64,000 nt of DNA from an uncultured Clostridia bacterium. Its GTDB lineage: Bacteria; Bacillota; Clostridia; TANB77; CAG-508. The position numbers were made by a program, and so were the translations under genes. The stretch spans positions 74,408 to 138,407 of the forward strand of contig CALXCD010000001.1 of assembly GCA_944386715.1 (NCBI GenBank). Direction: 5' to 3'. Below, piece by piece: positions 11,201 to 18,905 of this stretch. A model generated the notes under the pieces. It worked only from the letters and a program-made list of their open reading frames with translations, had not been told where the DNA came from and did no database searches. The first letter of the stretch is position 1, and each line of letters begins with the position of its first letter.

Positions 11201-12201
11201 TGTTTTACATATTTACCATTATCTTTATATTGAATATAAAAACCTACTCCTTCTAATTTTGTTTCTTGGTTATTTTCATCTACTTTTATAACTTTTAAAT
11301 TACCTTGTAACAAAATATCATATGGTAAATCTGTATCTACATTTTTCTTGCTCGTACTTGGTTCTACAATCATTAAATTTTGGTTTGCCGCATTTTTAGC
11401 ATCTAAGAACCACATATCAACAGATTTAACTTCTGATGTTACAGAGGCAGAAATTTTAGTAATTTTACTTACCCCTCTATTAGATGGAAATGCAATATAA
11501 AATCCTTTATTAGAAGTTATTTTTTCTATTCCTCCCCATTGTAGCTCTTTTCCTCTATAAGAACCTATTTTCAAATTACCAATTGCTTTTCCATCTTGGT
11601 CATATACAGAAAGTTTACTCAAATCTCCTTCATAATCCCATTTAAAAGGTCCCACTTGAAGGTAATTTGTATTCCCTTCTGTAAAAGTTGCAATTCTAAT
11701 TTTACTTTTATCTGTTTTATCTGTAATCTGTAGATTTTGATTTTTAATAGAGTTTGCATAATCTGTAGATTCTTGGTCTAGTGGAGTAGGAGCACCTGTA
11801 GTATTTGAAGCAAATCCTGCATATAATCCAGCATGTTGTTTTCCTACTTTTTGCATCCAAGTATAACCAAAATTCCAAATGGCATTTTTCTTATCTTCTT
11901 TACTTGCATTACTAGCAAGAATTCCTGCCATTTTAGCATTATACCAACTATCTATAGTTTTACCTGTATGGTCTTTTGATTCTGTACCATTAATTTTTAC
12001 ATTAGAAATAATTTTATAATAAACTGTATCTATCAAATTTTGTCCATGCTCTAAACAAAATATATTATTACTTGCTTCATATTGCCAATAGCTAACCCCT
12101 ATTTCTTGCCCTACTTGATATCCTTTTGAAACTGTACTGAATCCTAAGATAGAAGCAACTGCTATTAATAAAATACATAAATATCTTTTTATTTTTACCA
12201 T
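8287..12201 (-). CDS. Giant secreted surface protein, module B copy 1 (SpaA/Cna-B-like plus two SdrD-B-type domains, C-terminal TPPTG-helix-KKK tail)
   Basis: ORF track, 1304 aa, with a signal peptide. LKVIKVDENNQETKLEGVGFYIQ..LLVGTYTAYETKNPNYGYE; GYVWEDIVDGKQ..GVTVRLKDKSGK..TDSQGAYLFTDV; GKVFLDE..GISGVKLTLKN..TDENGDFAIRGYVPDEYVLTY. The start lies 20 nt downstream of the stop of 12222..17159. Confidence 0.85.
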   Translation of the reverse strand: MVKIKRYLCILLIAVASILGFSTVSKGYQVGQEIGVSYWQYEASNNIFCLEHGQNLIDTVYYKIISNVKINGTESKDHTGKTIDSWYNAKMAGILASNASKEDKKNAIWNFGYTWMQKVGKQHAGLYAGFASNTTGAPTPLDQESTDYANSIKNQNLQITDKTDKSKIRIATFTEGNTNYLQVGPFKWDYEGDLSKLSVYDQDGKAIGNLKIGSYRGKELQWGGIEKITSNKGFYIAFPSNRGVSKITKISASVTSEVKSVDMWFLDAKNAANQNLMIVEPSTSKKNVDTDLPYDILLQGNLKVIKVDENNQETKLEGVGFYIQYKDNGKYVKQNADKTISYVDDRTQATEFVTDKNGEILIENLLVGTYTAYETKNPNYGYEIITAGVSHDVTADKTEEFKITNKRVLIKLSGYVWEDIVDGKQAYRNDLYQNGTGDTQDKLVAGVTVRLKDKSGKIIQETKTDSQGAYLFTDVLIEHLSDYYVEFEYDGLTYQPVTPHLDKDNGSKADESDAERKAFNDKFAEIQGTGETTGVALDASGNKTYDLNYVKDTSAYTSTFIKEPEKYLMIATTANAGYDLSKQYTGKEEEIKNINLGIYEREKPDLAVMKDVENAKVTVNGYEHTYLYAQRFQNQGEYEDGFNVGVKFGNKYGTMTYTRAIYKSDVEYKPQDASKELKVYITYHIRIGNQSTNLSGRANSIVDYFDARYNITKVGNGIDDKGNITGELQYSQPENYNNDYKKVTIYSTQTIEAQKVQDIYIQFELNRDAVLAVMNDQETLDNVVEMNSYTSFDRDGNIYAGIDLDSNPGNAIPGDKTTYEDDTDSAPSMKLELTNARELTGKVFLDETSPDLLTAQVREGDGEYKEGEKGISGVKLTLKNTSGEVAQIYDETTKQWVEAKDIETDENGDFAIRGYVPDEYVLTYTWGDDTYTIQNYKGTIYKEKERANNPEWYKTETPRYSDAMDDWELRNAIDKQTASGVAEGETLITKMDSTTPMMRFGIEFESTITDNSIEYELDENGNVKKDENGYVIRKDSFLYRVSNVDFGIVERPRQELALDKHVKTIKITLANGNVLIDAIINEEGKLEGQVDSVTGGPQLGFVKAEIDSEILQQSQIEIGYEIVATNISECDYVSENGDYYFYGQEQAGDNIGELVKLRIGELRDYLDETLVFIDNQDGVWQMDTEDTTVEGRNAFVTQALSEKSLAPTEQASVEIKGSRQLANADEIEFNNLAVVTKLSTIYTFEVPEFYGPELNPPEDPAEPVTVTPPTGENQNYVLPISIGLSTLVILGAGVWLIKKKVLNK

Positions 12202-12221
12202 CTTTTTTCTCCCTCCTTTCT

Positions 12222-15200
12222 CTATGAAATTTTATCTATTTTTCTCTTATTTTGTACTGCCTTCATTTTCTTGTTTTGCAAAACTATAATAGTTACACCT
12301 AAAGCTACAATTGCAAATCCGATTAATGAAGAATATAAAATAATTTCACCTGTTTTAATACTAATAATAACATCTGCTACTCCCATATCGTTTTCCCCTT
12401 GTGATTTATTAGCTGGTGTAGAATTACTATCTGCTAAACCTAATTCATTATAACAATCTGCAATCTCAGCTGTGTTATTAACAAGACCTACATTATTTTC
12501 TGTCATTGTTTTTGTCAAGGTTAATGTAATTGTTTTAGTTTCTCCTGCTTCTATTTTTGTATTTGCAAGACTAGTATTATATAATGTATTTCCCCCTGAT
12601 GTGTACCAATCTTTGTTCAACTCTGAGCTAAAGTTCAAATCATTTGGTATATAATCTGCTATACTCTTAACATATCCTGGAACTTCCCCTATATTAGAAA
12701 CTTTAATTTGATATTCTATGATAACTGTAGTTCCCTTTAAAGCTTTTCCATCTAATTCTACTTTTGCCATTGTTTCCTCTTGATATTCTTTTACAGTAGT
12801 TCCTTGACTATTTTGAATCATAATCTTAGAAACATATTTATCTAATTTCAAGTCAAAATTTCGCAATGGAATAAATCCTACATTAATATTAGCAACATTT
12901 CTATTTTGTATTTCTATCATATCAGTAGAAGCAACTTGTTGCTCTGTTCCATCTACTGTTAAAGTATTCATCATAACTTTAGAATTATTAGTATCATTGC
13001 TTCCTTCTACTTGATATTTTGTTAAAGCATATTTAGTAGTATCATACTCGAAAATAGCAACATATTTACCATTTCCTATATGATTTAAAGTATAAATTCC
13101 TTTCTCATCACTACTTGCTTGTAACACATTTCCTTCACTATCTTTCACAAATTGATTTGTTTCTACATTTAACAGTTTAACAATAATACCACTTAGTAAA
13201 GTTTCATTATCTTCTTTTAAACCATTATTATTTTCATCATACCAAGCTACACCACTGATAATGCAATTTCCTGTTGCTGTATTATTATCTGGTATATCGT
13301 TATCATTATTATTATTCTCTCCTGTAACAGGTTCTATGATATGAGTTAATTCTGATGTTTTTGCTATTGTTTCCCCATAGACCATAGCTTCTGCATAATT
13401 GGTAATAGAAACTGGTTCTTCTTGTGTTTCCACATAATCTACTACTGTTTCTATTTGAATAATACTTTCTTGAGAAGGTTCTACTGTAATATCTAGTTGC
13501 ATTTCATGAGAATCTGGTAACTCCAATTCTTCTCCATCTTTCACTATTTTTACAATAGATAACTCTTCTGGTATATTATCAGAAATAACCAATCCTTGTG
13601 TCTTTACTGGAGAATTGTTTTTCACTTTAATGGTATATTCTAAACTATCTCCTGCTTTTATATAAGTATCTGCCATATTAGAAGTCATTTCTAATCCAAT
13701 ATCAAAATGATTAATCTCATCTATCCATTCATTAGAACGATATTGTTTCTCATCTTGAATGACAATTACGGAAAATGGAAGTTTGTTATTAGCTGTATTA
13801 TCTTTCTGAATTGAGATATCATAACTCAATACTTTCACTTCTCCTGGTTGCAAAGTACCAATTGAAACAGAATCACTATAAGTTAATGTCTCTGTTTGAA
13901 TATTTTCTTCTTGTGTTCCATTTTGTAATAACATGTCTTCTGTTATTTCAATTCCCGTTTCAGAATTTGCTGTTTCAACAGCAGAATGTAATTGGTCATC
14001 TGAAACATCTTTATCTTCCATTCCTGTCATTAAAAGTAATCTTTCTACTGTTACTCCTTCTGGTAACTTTGTTTGTACTTGTACATTTTCTATTGGTTGA
14101 TTAGATGTATTTTCAATAATTGCAAAATATTGTACAACTCCTCCTGCATAAAGCAATGTACTTCTATCCGTAACTCTTTTAACACTTGCTCTTATATTAC
14201 CAGATTGTGTACTATATTGCAAAGTATTTGTTTTTTTAGTAACTTCTCCTACTGTAACTTGAGCTTCTTCTTTTATTTGTGTTCCATCTTCAATGTCTTT
14301 ATTAACCCTTACTTCAAATTCTTTACTTACTTTTTCTCCAGGTTGAATACTTTCTATAGTAGTTTCATAAACTTTTTTATCCGTTTCTTGGTAATAAGAA
14401 GCACCTGTATATTCGTAATTTTCTTTTGGCTCCACATAAGTAGTTCCTTCTGGTATATTAGCTGTTATTTTAGCATCTTTTACCTCTTCTGAACCAGTAT
14501 TAGATACTTCTACTTGATATTTAATAACTTCTCCAGCCATAACTTTTGCATCATTTTGTATCATTTCAGAACCAACCTTACCTGCTAAAACCGCTTCTAC
14601 TCTAGGACCTACTCCTGTTGTCATTTCTATCTGTGTAGAAATCACTTTATTTTGTGTCATTGTCTGACTGTCTGTATAAGATACTTCATACCATTGTTTT
14701 GCACTTTGATTATATTCTAAATTTGCTGGTATCTGTGTTGTATAAGTAGCACTCATTCTTGCTTGTGGTTCCATTTTTTCTATGATAATTAAATATCTCT
14801 TTACCTTAGCTCCATCTGCTATTGTTTGTGACCAACCATTTTCAGCATTGTCTAAATCTATTGTTGCTTTTTCATTTTCGGTATAATAAACAGTAGCATT
14901 TTCTATACCTTGTAATTGGATACCATTTATAATGCTAGTTCCTATGGTATTTCCTGTACTAACTGTTGGAAATACTCCTAATATACTTACATCATGAATT
15001 TCTACTGGTTTGTTATTAACAATTTCTATATAAGAAGTAAATTGTGTTCCATCTGTTCCTATTGGCAATGAAACTACTTTATTTTCTTCTTGTCCAATTG
15101 TTTCTACCCCTAATTCTGGGATTTGATAAATTGCTGTAATTTCTGTAGGAGCCTCTATTTTAATAGGAGTAACTATATTTTCAATCGCCTGACTAGCCTT

Positions 15201-17159
15201 TTGATTTGTATAACTCATTCGTATTTGTGCATCTTTTGTAGCAGCCTTTTGATTTAAAGTAACATTTGCATAAATAAATATATTAGCTCCTTCTACTGTT
15301 TCTTCTTTATAATTTGTCTGCTCTCCCTCTAATTCTACAATAATATTTTTACCTTCAACACGATATGTTTTTATTTTTAATTCTTCTTCATACAACATTT
15401 CTACTTTGGTTAAATTTATTGTTTCAACATCTTCTGGTAAAGCAATTGTAATAATTGGATTTTGATATAAATCATAGGCTTCACTATTTGTTTTCAATAC
15501 TACCTTCATTTCTAAATCATTTGCAACAGCTGTAGCCAAACTTGTTTTATTCATCTGTAAAGTAGCTTCTGTTTTAGGTTCCTTTAGTTCTACCATTGCA
15601 ACATTTAGGTTTTCTTTTTCTATTTTCTTATCTGCAACTAAATTATCTGTTACATATCCTATGGTAGTTAAATAAGACATTTGTTTTAAGTCTAAATTAG
15701 TATTATTTTTTAATACTTTATGATGTGTTAATTCTAATTTTCCAGTATCTACAGGTGTTGTTGTTCTTAGCACAACTCCTTCTAGTCCCTCTTTATAGTC
15801 TAAAACAATATTTCCCTGTTCGTTTGCTGGAGTATTTTTATCAATTGTTGCGATAGTCTCTCCATTTTTATTAAGCACTGTAACAGTTCCATTCTCTCCT
15901 AAGATTTTCATCCATTGTTCTTTATTGAAAACAGTAGATAAATATAATACATTAGCAGATGTTAAATTGTCTAAATTTTGGTTCGTTGTACTAAAACTAT
16001 TTTCGTCTTTCACTTCTAAATATTCTTGTGCATTTGCTAAATCCACATAAACTGTAGTATCTGTTTCAAACTCTCTATCTAATCCTTGATATAATTTACC
16101 TTTATACATTTGAGTTTCTCTATTTTGTACTTTTGTAGTAATCATATTATTTAACTCTACAGAAGCATCTAATGTAGCTTTTCCATCTACTGTAATTTCC
16201 TGTCCATCATAGAAATGAATTGTTGCATTTGCTGTAATTTCTTGATTTTCTATGGTAGTACATGCTTTTGCTATATAAGTAAAAATAATTTCTTCATTTC
16301 CTTGATTCTTCCAAATAATTTTTCCGTCTTGTGCTATATTAGTCATTTCCATTGTTGTTACAGTTCCTTCTGCATTAGATTTAGTATTAGACTTCCAACT
16401 TGTCATCATATTCATATGAGCCGTTTGTGACACTTCTGGAACAGAACCATCTTTAACAACAGGTGCTTTATTCTCTAATTTTATAGATTGAATAGGATTA
16501 CTATTATCTTTTAATCCTAATTTGAAAGCTACCTGTACTACTCTTCTTTCCTCTCCATTAATAGTCATTGTTTTATTTGTAATTACTTCCATATGGTTGA
16601 CTATATTTTCTTCTTCTAAATTAGCAGAAGGATAAGAAAGTTTAACAGTTCTATCTGCTACTACAGAAATATCCTTTTCTGAACTATCTTTATAAATACC
16701 TTTTAATTGTATGATACTTTCTTTTTCTAAAAGATTAACATCAAATATCTCTTCTTTTATCAGTTCTACCTTTATCTCAATTTCCGCAGTAGAACCTGCA
16801 TTGATTTGATTTAATGTAATGGTATTTCCTTCTATTTTATTAACAAATGGACTATTACCTACTATTTCCTTTAGCTTAAAATTAGCTTCTCCTAAGTTTA
16901 TTTGTCCATTAAAATATCCTTCCTGCTTAACAGCCACTTCTAACACCAAATTTGTCTCCGTGTTAGAGGGTTGTAATTGTGTTACTTTTTGTCCATTAGC
17001 ATCTTTAAAATAAGCACCAAATTCAATATTTTTAACATTGGTACTAATATCATCTATTGCATAACTAATGAATGTTTTTCCAACATAAATGAAATTCACC
17101 ATTGTCATTGTTGTGATTAATAATAAAATAATACTTATTTTCAAAATTCTACTCTTCAT
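12222..17159 (-). CDS. Giant surface protein, module A copy 1 (DUF11-type repeats plus an SdrD-B-type domain, C-terminal IKTG-helix-basic tail)
   Basis: ORF track, 1645 aa. Signal-anchor ILKISIILLLITTMTMVNFIYVG. DUF11-like repeats (GEVIKYQVEVSNTGSEEVKDAKITANIPEGT; VVQYFAIIENTSNQPIENVQVQTKLPEGV; SLEYTIKVKNNSPVKTQGLVISDNIPE; VIIEYQIKVSNIGEVPGYVKSIADYIPNDL). SdrD-B-like GVAWYDENNNGLKEDNETLLSGIIVKLLN..SDEKGIYTLNHIGNGKYVAIFEYD. RBS AAGGAGGAAAC. Confidence 0.85.
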   Translation of the reverse strand: MKSRILKISIILLLITTMTMVNFIYVGKTFISYAIDDISTNVKNIEFGAYFKDANGQKVTQLQPSNTETNLVLEVAVKQEGYFNGQINLGEANFKLKEIVGNSPFVNKIEGNTITLNQINAGSTAEIEIKVELIKEEIFDVNLLEKESIIQLKGIYKDSSEKDISVVADRTVKLSYPSANLEEENIVNHMEVITNKTMTINGEERRVVQVAFKLGLKDNSNPIQSIKLENKAPVVKDGSVPEVSQTAHMNMMTSWKSNTKSNAEGTVTTMEMTNIAQDGKIIWKNQGNEEIIFTYIAKACTTIENQEITANATIHFYDGQEITVDGKATLDASVELNNMITTKVQNRETQMYKGKLYQGLDREFETDTTVYVDLANAQEYLEVKDENSFSTTNQNLDNLTSANVLYLSTVFNKEQWMKILGENGTVTVLNKNGETIATIDKNTPANEQGNIVLDYKEGLEGVVLRTTTPVDTGKLELTHHKVLKNNTNLDLKQMSYLTTIGYVTDNLVADKKIEKENLNVAMVELKEPKTEATLQMNKTSLATAVANDLEMKVVLKTNSEAYDLYQNPIITIALPEDVETINLTKVEMLYEEELKIKTYRVEGKNIIVELEGEQTNYKEETVEGANIFIYANVTLNQKAATKDAQIRMSYTNQKASQAIENIVTPIKIEAPTEITAIYQIPELGVETIGQEENKVVSLPIGTDGTQFTSYIEIVNNKPVEIHDVSILGVFPTVSTGNTIGTSIINGIQLQGIENATVYYTENEKATIDLDNAENGWSQTIADGAKVKRYLIIIEKMEPQARMSATYTTQIPANLEYNQSAKQWYEVSYTDSQTMTQNKVISTQIEMTTGVGPRVEAVLAGKVGSEMIQNDAKVMAGEVIKYQVEVSNTGSEEVKDAKITANIPEGTTYVEPKENYEYTGASYYQETDKKVYETTIESIQPGEKVSKEFEVRVNKDIEDGTQIKEEAQVTVGEVTKKTNTLQYSTQSGNIRASVKRVTDRSTLLYAGGVVQYFAIIENTSNQPIENVQVQTKLPEGVTVERLLLMTGMEDKDVSDDQLHSAVETANSETGIEITEDMLLQNGTQEENIQTETLTYSDSVSIGTLQPGEVKVLSYDISIQKDNTANNKLPFSVIVIQDEKQYRSNEWIDEINHFDIGLEMTSNMADTYIKAGDSLEYTIKVKNNSPVKTQGLVISDNIPEELSIVKIVKDGEELELPDSHEMQLDITVEPSQESIIQIETVVDYVETQEEPVSITNYAEAMVYGETIAKTSELTHIIEPVTGENNNNDNDIPDNNTATGNCIISGVAWYDENNNGLKEDNETLLSGIIVKLLNVETNQFVKDSEGNVLQASSDEKGIYTLNHIGNGKYVAIFEYDTTKYALTKYQVEGSNDTNNSKVMMNTLTVDGTEQQVASTDMIEIQNRNVANINVGFIPLRNFDLKLDKYVSKIMIQNSQGTTVKEYQEETMAKVELDGKALKGTTVIIEYQIKVSNIGEVPGYVKSIADYIPNDLNFSSELNKDWYTSGGNTLYNTSLANTKIEAGETKTITLTLTKTMTENNVGLVNNTAEIADCYNELGLADSNSTPANKSQGENDMGVADVIISIKTGEIILYSSLIGFAIVALGVTIIVLQNKKMKAVQNKRKIDKIS

Positions 17160-17193
17160 AGTTTCCTCCTTATCTCACACTAATCTAATTTAT

Positions 17194-17222
17194 ATTATAC
17201 CTCTTTTTTCCACTTTTTTCAA
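17194..17222 (-). promoter_or_regulatory. Near-consensus sigma-A-type promoter for the 12222..17159 / 8287..12201 operon
   Basis: Minus strand: TTGAAA, 17-nt spacer, TATAAT (caTTGAAAaaagtggaaaaaagaggTATAATataaat). The -10 lies about 35 nt upstream of the ATG. Confidence 0.5.
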
Positions 17223-17422
17223 TGTTTTCGCAAGAATTTGTCAAACTTTTATGTATATTTTAAAAAATAGATAACAATACATTATTTTAGGAACTTTTTT
17301 CCCTATTTTTCATATATTACTAATAATATTACATACTTTTTTAATTTCATCATATATATAACATAGATAAGGTTATAGATTCCCCTTTAAAATCTAAATC
17401 CAATAATAACAAAGGTGATAAC

Positions 17423-17872
17423 ATGAATAATCCAAATTTAGATGAAAATACAATGAAAAATATCAAAAATATGGTTGATAATGGCAATATCTCAGAAGCC
17501 ATTTCCCAAATTTCACCTGAAATGATTCAAAATTTCCAAAAAATGTTCCAAGATTCTTCTTCAAAAACTGCAAATCCATCTACAACGACACCCAACTCTT
17601 CCTCAACAGGAAACAATTCAGAAGCGAATACTAATAACTCTAATAACTTCGATTTTAGCAAAATAGATATGAATACTATGATGAAAATTAGTTCTATGCT
17701 AAATAATATGAATCAAAAAAATGACCCAAGAAGTAATTTAATCTATTCTTTAAAACCATATTTACGTGATAGTAAAAAGGAAAAAATAGACCAATATGCT
17801 AATCTTTTAAACATTACAAAAATGGCAGACTTGTTTAAAAACACAAATCCGGAACAAAACTCCCATGATTAG
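17423..17872 (+). CDS. Hypothetical protein with an S/T/N-rich low-complexity centre
   Basis: ORF track, 149 aa. Its stop overlaps the next ORF's start (ATGATTAG). No family recognised. Confidence 0.45.
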   Translation: MNNPNLDENTMKNIKNMVDNGNISEAISQISPEMIQNFQKMFQDSSSKTANPSTTTPNSSSTGNNSEANTNNSNNFDFSKIDMNTMMKISSMLNNMNQKNDPRSNLIYSLKPYLRDSKKEKIDQYANLLNITKMADLFKNTNPEQNSHD

Positions 17873-18209
17873 ATTTCCTTTTTTTGGCTATTCATACCCT
17901 TATTCTTACTATCCCCATTATCCTACCCATCCTACACATAATATTAGTAAAGAAGCACTGTCAAATGAGCCCTCTTCTCAAAAAGAAACAAATTTAGCAG
18001 TCAATAACAGAAAAGTACCTTCTAAAAATAACCCCATCACCTTTCACTTCGAAGGTTTTTCTGATCCTAACCAAGTGATTTTAGAAATATTAGGAATTAA
18101 ATTATATTTAGATGATTTAATCATTTTAGGTCTTCTCTTTATCTTATACCAAGAAGAAGTAAAAGATGAAATGTTATTTATTTGTTTAATTCTTTTATTA
18201 CTATCTTAA
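17865..18209 (+). CDS. Hypothetical protein with a Tyr/Pro/His-rich N-terminus and a hydrophobic C-terminus
   Basis: ORF track, 114 aa (FPFFGYSYPYSYYPHYPTHPTH ... LIILGLLFILY ... FICLILLLLS). Translationally coupled to 17423..17872. Confidence 0.4.
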   Translation: MIRFPFFGYSYPYSYYPHYPTHPTHNISKEALSNEPSSQKETNLAVNNRKVPSKNNPITFHFEGFSDPNQVILEILGIKLYLDDLIILGLLFILYQEEVKDEMLFICLILLLLS

Positions 18210-18216
18210 CAAATGT

Positions 18217-18261
18217 AAAAAATCTTGGCATTTCCATTTTAATGGCATCCCAAGATTTTTT
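18217..18261. terminator. Bidirectional hairpin terminator between convergent 17865..18209 and minC
   Basis: aaaaaatcttgg ... ccaagatttttt inverted repeat, flanked by A- and T-runs. Confidence 0.55.
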
Positions 18262-18265
18262 ATTT

Positions 18266-18878
18266 CTATTCTATTATAATTTCATTTTCTGAAGCATATA
18301 CATATGCTTGTTTATGAAAAGGTTCTTCTTTTGTATCAATTTCTTTTACGATATTAGCTATTCTAATTTGAACTGCATCTAAAACACCTGCTGCAATAAT
18401 TGCCTGTTTATTACCTTTAGCTCCTGCATGTGCTAACCCTCTTAAGGCACCTAACACTACAATATTATCAGAAGCGATTACTTCCGCACCAGAATTTACA
18501 TCTCCGCAATATCACAATACTTCCTTCTGCCTCCATTTTTTGTCCAGAACGCAAGGACCCTTTATGAAACTTCGTTTCAGAAATAGCAATTTCTCTATTA
18601 AAAGTTTTTTTAATACTATATAATCCCAAACTTTTAGGTGTATCAAATTCTATATCTACATCAATTTTAGATTTAATCAGCTCTTGAATTTCGTCTACTT
18701 CTTTATTTTTTAAAACTTTTCCTGTCACAATAATAGGCGTATGTTCTTCTTGATAAAGTTTTTTCAAACCTGTTAATTTTCTTTTTAAACATTCTACAAT
18801 TTCATCTTGCGTTGCTTCCTCTTGAATTCTTATCATAATTTTATCCTTTTTTAATTGAATCCCAACACAATTTTTCAT
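18266..18878 (-). CDS. minC: Septum site-determining protein MinC. The reading frame is interrupted by one extra nt at in-frame CGG 18506..18504 (standard pipelines would call it frameshifted/pseudo).
   Basis: ORF-track pieces 18468..18878 and 18266..18457. The 0 frame reads ..SIVIL-CGG-RCKFWCGSNRF*. The +1 frame reads GDVNSGAEVIASDNIVVLGALRGLAHAGAKGNKQAIIAA, the conserved MinC C-terminal motif. Merged length is 613 nt, which is 1 mod 3. Confidence 0.85.
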
Positions 18879-18905
18879 TTTTACATCCTAACCTCTCTAT
18901 GTTTT

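Noticed and set aside
11900-12110. A thioester (TED/TQXA) adhesin domain at the N-terminus of the B proteins, because of FCLEHGQ in B1 and ICTNSEQ in B2
   Set aside because: The Cys context fits [YF]C[ILV][EDNQ]. However, the partner motif TQxA[IV]W is not present: B1 has KKNAIW and B2 has FVYSLW, and neither has a Gln at the required position. This cannot be supported without structure or HMM evidence.
18266-18457. Treating the split pieces (18266..18457 and 18468..18878; 23249..23443 and 22411..23337; 23466..23753 and 23671..24237; 29571..30359 and 28040..29614; 39020..39502 and 37483..38985) as separate genes
   Set aside because: In each pair the two pieces are consecutive parts of one well-known protein family. 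The join is exact to the residue after removing one C. The downstream pieces' ORF-track starts are internal residues with no RBS logic.
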